A stretch of DNA of 62,688 bases, filler included, from Globobulimina sp. (Eukaryota), in assembly GCA_003354225.1 (NCBI GenBank). It is 29 parts of 29 records of this genome, joined end to end, with 100 filler letters (N's around TTAATTAATTAA, not from the genome) between each part and the next. Parts side by side here need not be neighbours in the genome. Positions count along the whole stretch, not along the records: positions 58,461 to 60,524 come from PIVH01009306.1; positions 60,625 to 62,688 come from PIVH01009307.1; 27 more parts are not named here. One strand, 5' to 3'. Below, in pieces: positions 60,312-62,688 of the stretch (positions are counted from its first letter, which is position 1; the number at the start of each line of letters is the position of its first letter). The translations under genes and the position numbers were made by a program. Below the pieces are notes generated by a model. It worked only from the letters and a program-made list of their open reading frames with translations, was not told the origin of the DNA and made no database searches.

Positions 60312-60907
60312 ATTAAAAGTGATGGAAACAGTGATTTAGAATATTTCTTTCAACTTTTTTTTTGAAAAGCAATGATTTAAAGTACTTAGCAAGCTACAAA
60401 CTAACCAGTACGTATGCTAGACACAATAAATCAACAATACATCTGAAATGGCAAAGTTTATCAATGATATAAATAAGCAGTATTTCAATGTTATAATAAT
60501 AGTTTTGCTAAGCTCAAGTTTTTANNNNNNNNNNNNNNNNNNNNNNNNNNNNNNNNNNNNNNNNNNNNTTAATTAATTAANNNNNNNNNNNNNNNNNNNN
60601 NNNNNNNNNNNNNNNNNNNNNNNNCATGATACGAATGGAAGAAGAAATGTTCATAGGTTCGCAAAGGGAACGCACTATAAAACACATCCGAGATATTATC
60701 CACCGCGACATTATGAAAACATAAAAACTGAGTTATAATTGCAAATTGTACTGACTATCAAATACATTCTGTTGTAGTCTTAGTAGGATTCTAATGTTAC
60801 ATGCAATAAAATGAAAATTATACATTTTACCACTTCATTTCCATTTGTTTAACTGCATCAACTTCCTTTTCTTCATATACCATATCAAATAATTGACTAG
60901 AGTGATC

Positions 60908-62688
60908 ATGTCAGGTTCATCTGGTTTATTTGAATGGGAAATCAAGTCCAAAGTATTAACCAAAATGTCAAATGCTAAACATGGTGATGTATGGAAAAGT
61001 GACAAGTTTAAAATATCGAATTTACAATTTACACTGGATGTGTATCCAAATAATGATGATGCGGCAAAGAACGCATTCATATTCTTTGTAAGATTAGAAC
61101 CATGGCCAAATGGAACAGAATCGATTATATTATGTGTATCACAATTTTGTAAACAAACTATGATGAGAAATACATTCATTTTCACATACACTCAAAACGA
61201 TAATAGCCACGGATTGCTTGATAATACATTATTAATGTCCGAATTAAATAAAAATATGAAATCTTTGACCATTGGCGCACGCATTAATATATTATCAGTA
61301 AAATATAAACAATCATCATTATATTCCAATAAAATATTAAATAATAATATAAATTATAAAAAAAAGCATACAATTTCCTGGAATATCAATAATAAATTAT
61401 TAACACAATGGAAATGTGCTCATATTGGAAAACGTTTTGAAAGTGAAATATTTGATAATCAATGGTTGACTGGCTGTTATCCTAATGGTTACAATAAAGA
61501 TTGTGAAGGATATTTGAGTGTATTTCTCCAATTATGTGGATTTCCAACAACCATAAAACAAATCAAAGTAAACTACAAAATAAAATGTATGCAAACAAAC
61601 GAAGAATGGGTGATACTGCAGATTTTAGTTATAAAAGTGTGGTTTGGGGCACTGGCAAATTTATGAAATCAACAGAAATGAACGCCTACTCATCATTGAA
61701 ATGGATAGCAAATATTGATATAATAGAAGAAGAAATGGACATTGATCGCAAGAAATGGACACATTTGATTAAAAAATGGACACAAAAAGAACTAAAACAA
61801 TTAAAAAATGTTCATCGTCATGATACTGATCTGAGAAAACAAAATCAATCACAGATAGAGTTATTGAAAAATGAGAATAAGAAATTAAAACAAAAAATAA
61901 AAACATTAATGACAGCACAACAGAATGATATCGATGAACTGAGAAAAGAAAATAACAAACTTCGCTTTGCAGCGTCCGCATTAAAGCGTATTGCCCAACA
62001 TTTACAACCAGCTCGTCTCAGTGATATTGAATGGACAAAAACATTCTCATTCAAACAACTGACAATCAGATCTTCCAAAATCCAAACATATCGTAATAAA
62101 ATTCATCAACAACCAAAATACGCAAAGTTAGAACCTGGAAAATATTGTGTTGAAAATAATCCATATGATAATTATAAATATACGCAAACAAAACACACTT
62201 TAAAATTAATTAAAAAATTCGTTGAACGCAATCATATCGGGAATGCAAATCCTGACATTAGATACAAAAAAAATAAATTTTTATCAATGGAAAAGATATT
62301 ATCGACGAGGAACATTAAAGAATGTAAACATTTGCCTTTATTGATTGGTCAAAAAGAAAATTATGCAAAAGTTAATATCGATAAAGGTGTTATAATTGGA
62401 CAGTATGTTGGCGATGAAATATTAAGAAATGAGTATTATGATATTTATAATGGAACCACGGATGAATTGGATCATTTAACTTTTATGCATAGTGATATAT
62501 TGACATTGGCGGATGGTGAAACTGTTGAAATTTATATTGATGCATTTGCAGCGAATAAAAGCTCACCTTTATTGTATATAAATGATGGAAGGAAAGATAT
62601 GCGGAATGAAGCAGAACCAGAAGATGAGGAAAGAATTAATACGGAGTTTGTAATGGTTTTAGTGAATGGATGGCCGATGATATTGATA
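60908..62688 (+). CDS. MATH-MATH-coiled-coil-SET fusion with one frameshift, 3' partial
   Basis: MATH motifs FEWEI/FTLDVYPN/FIFFVRL and ISWNI/WLTGCYPNG/GYLSVFLQL. A -1 shift at 61609 continues as GDTADFSYKSVVWG and stays open to the window end, with SET motifs GQYVG, IYIDAF, LYINDGR, INTEF, NGWP. Confidence 0.72.

Noticed and set aside
2068..60624. Regularly spaced TTAATTAATTAA as a biological repeat, and cross-contig gene clusters or ORFs ending in X...LIN
   Set aside because: It is an artificial N-flanked spacer between length-sorted contigs; adjacency and those ORF ends are meaningless.

Overview
This window is not one locus. It is 29 unrelated contigs of 2064-2067 bp, sorted by decreasing length and joined by an artificial 100-nt spacer (44 N + TTAATTAATTAA + 44 N), so nothing can be inferred from adjacency across spacers. 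Most contigs are AT-rich, gene-dense eukaryotic nuclear DNA in the standard genetic code, with short GT-AG introns (mostly 50-95 nt). The family mix (PPR, SAM, TM-RGS, SPRY-like, MATH, divergent SET, 7TM receptor-like) suggests a foraminiferan or other rhizarian; this is an inference. Recognisable genes are an EAG/CNG-type channel, a USP protease, a bZIP-like factor, a GH28 polygalacturonase, a divergent kinesin, a NIPA transporter, a C-type lectin, Rab7, a PARP-like protein, a tandem CCCH protein, an ABCC transporter, Rit1, Misato, a PH-formin, a fasciclin, INTS14 and a sulfotransferase. Three contigs look foreign or mobile: 28157-30221 (giant-virus-like), 41147-43211 (probably metazoan) and 19496-21561 (repeat arrays plus a zinc-finger ORF). 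The best candidates for new biology are: (1) a virus-like cassette with inverted 11-nt repeat arrays upstream of a two-finger C2H2 gene whose linker is itself an 11-nt frame-cycling repeat; (2) a MATH-MATH-coiled-coil-SET fusion missed by the ORF track; (3) a CHAT-STAND protein with both catalytic motifs altered; (4) tRNA-derived elements. All family assignments come from motif recognition by eye; no searches were run.
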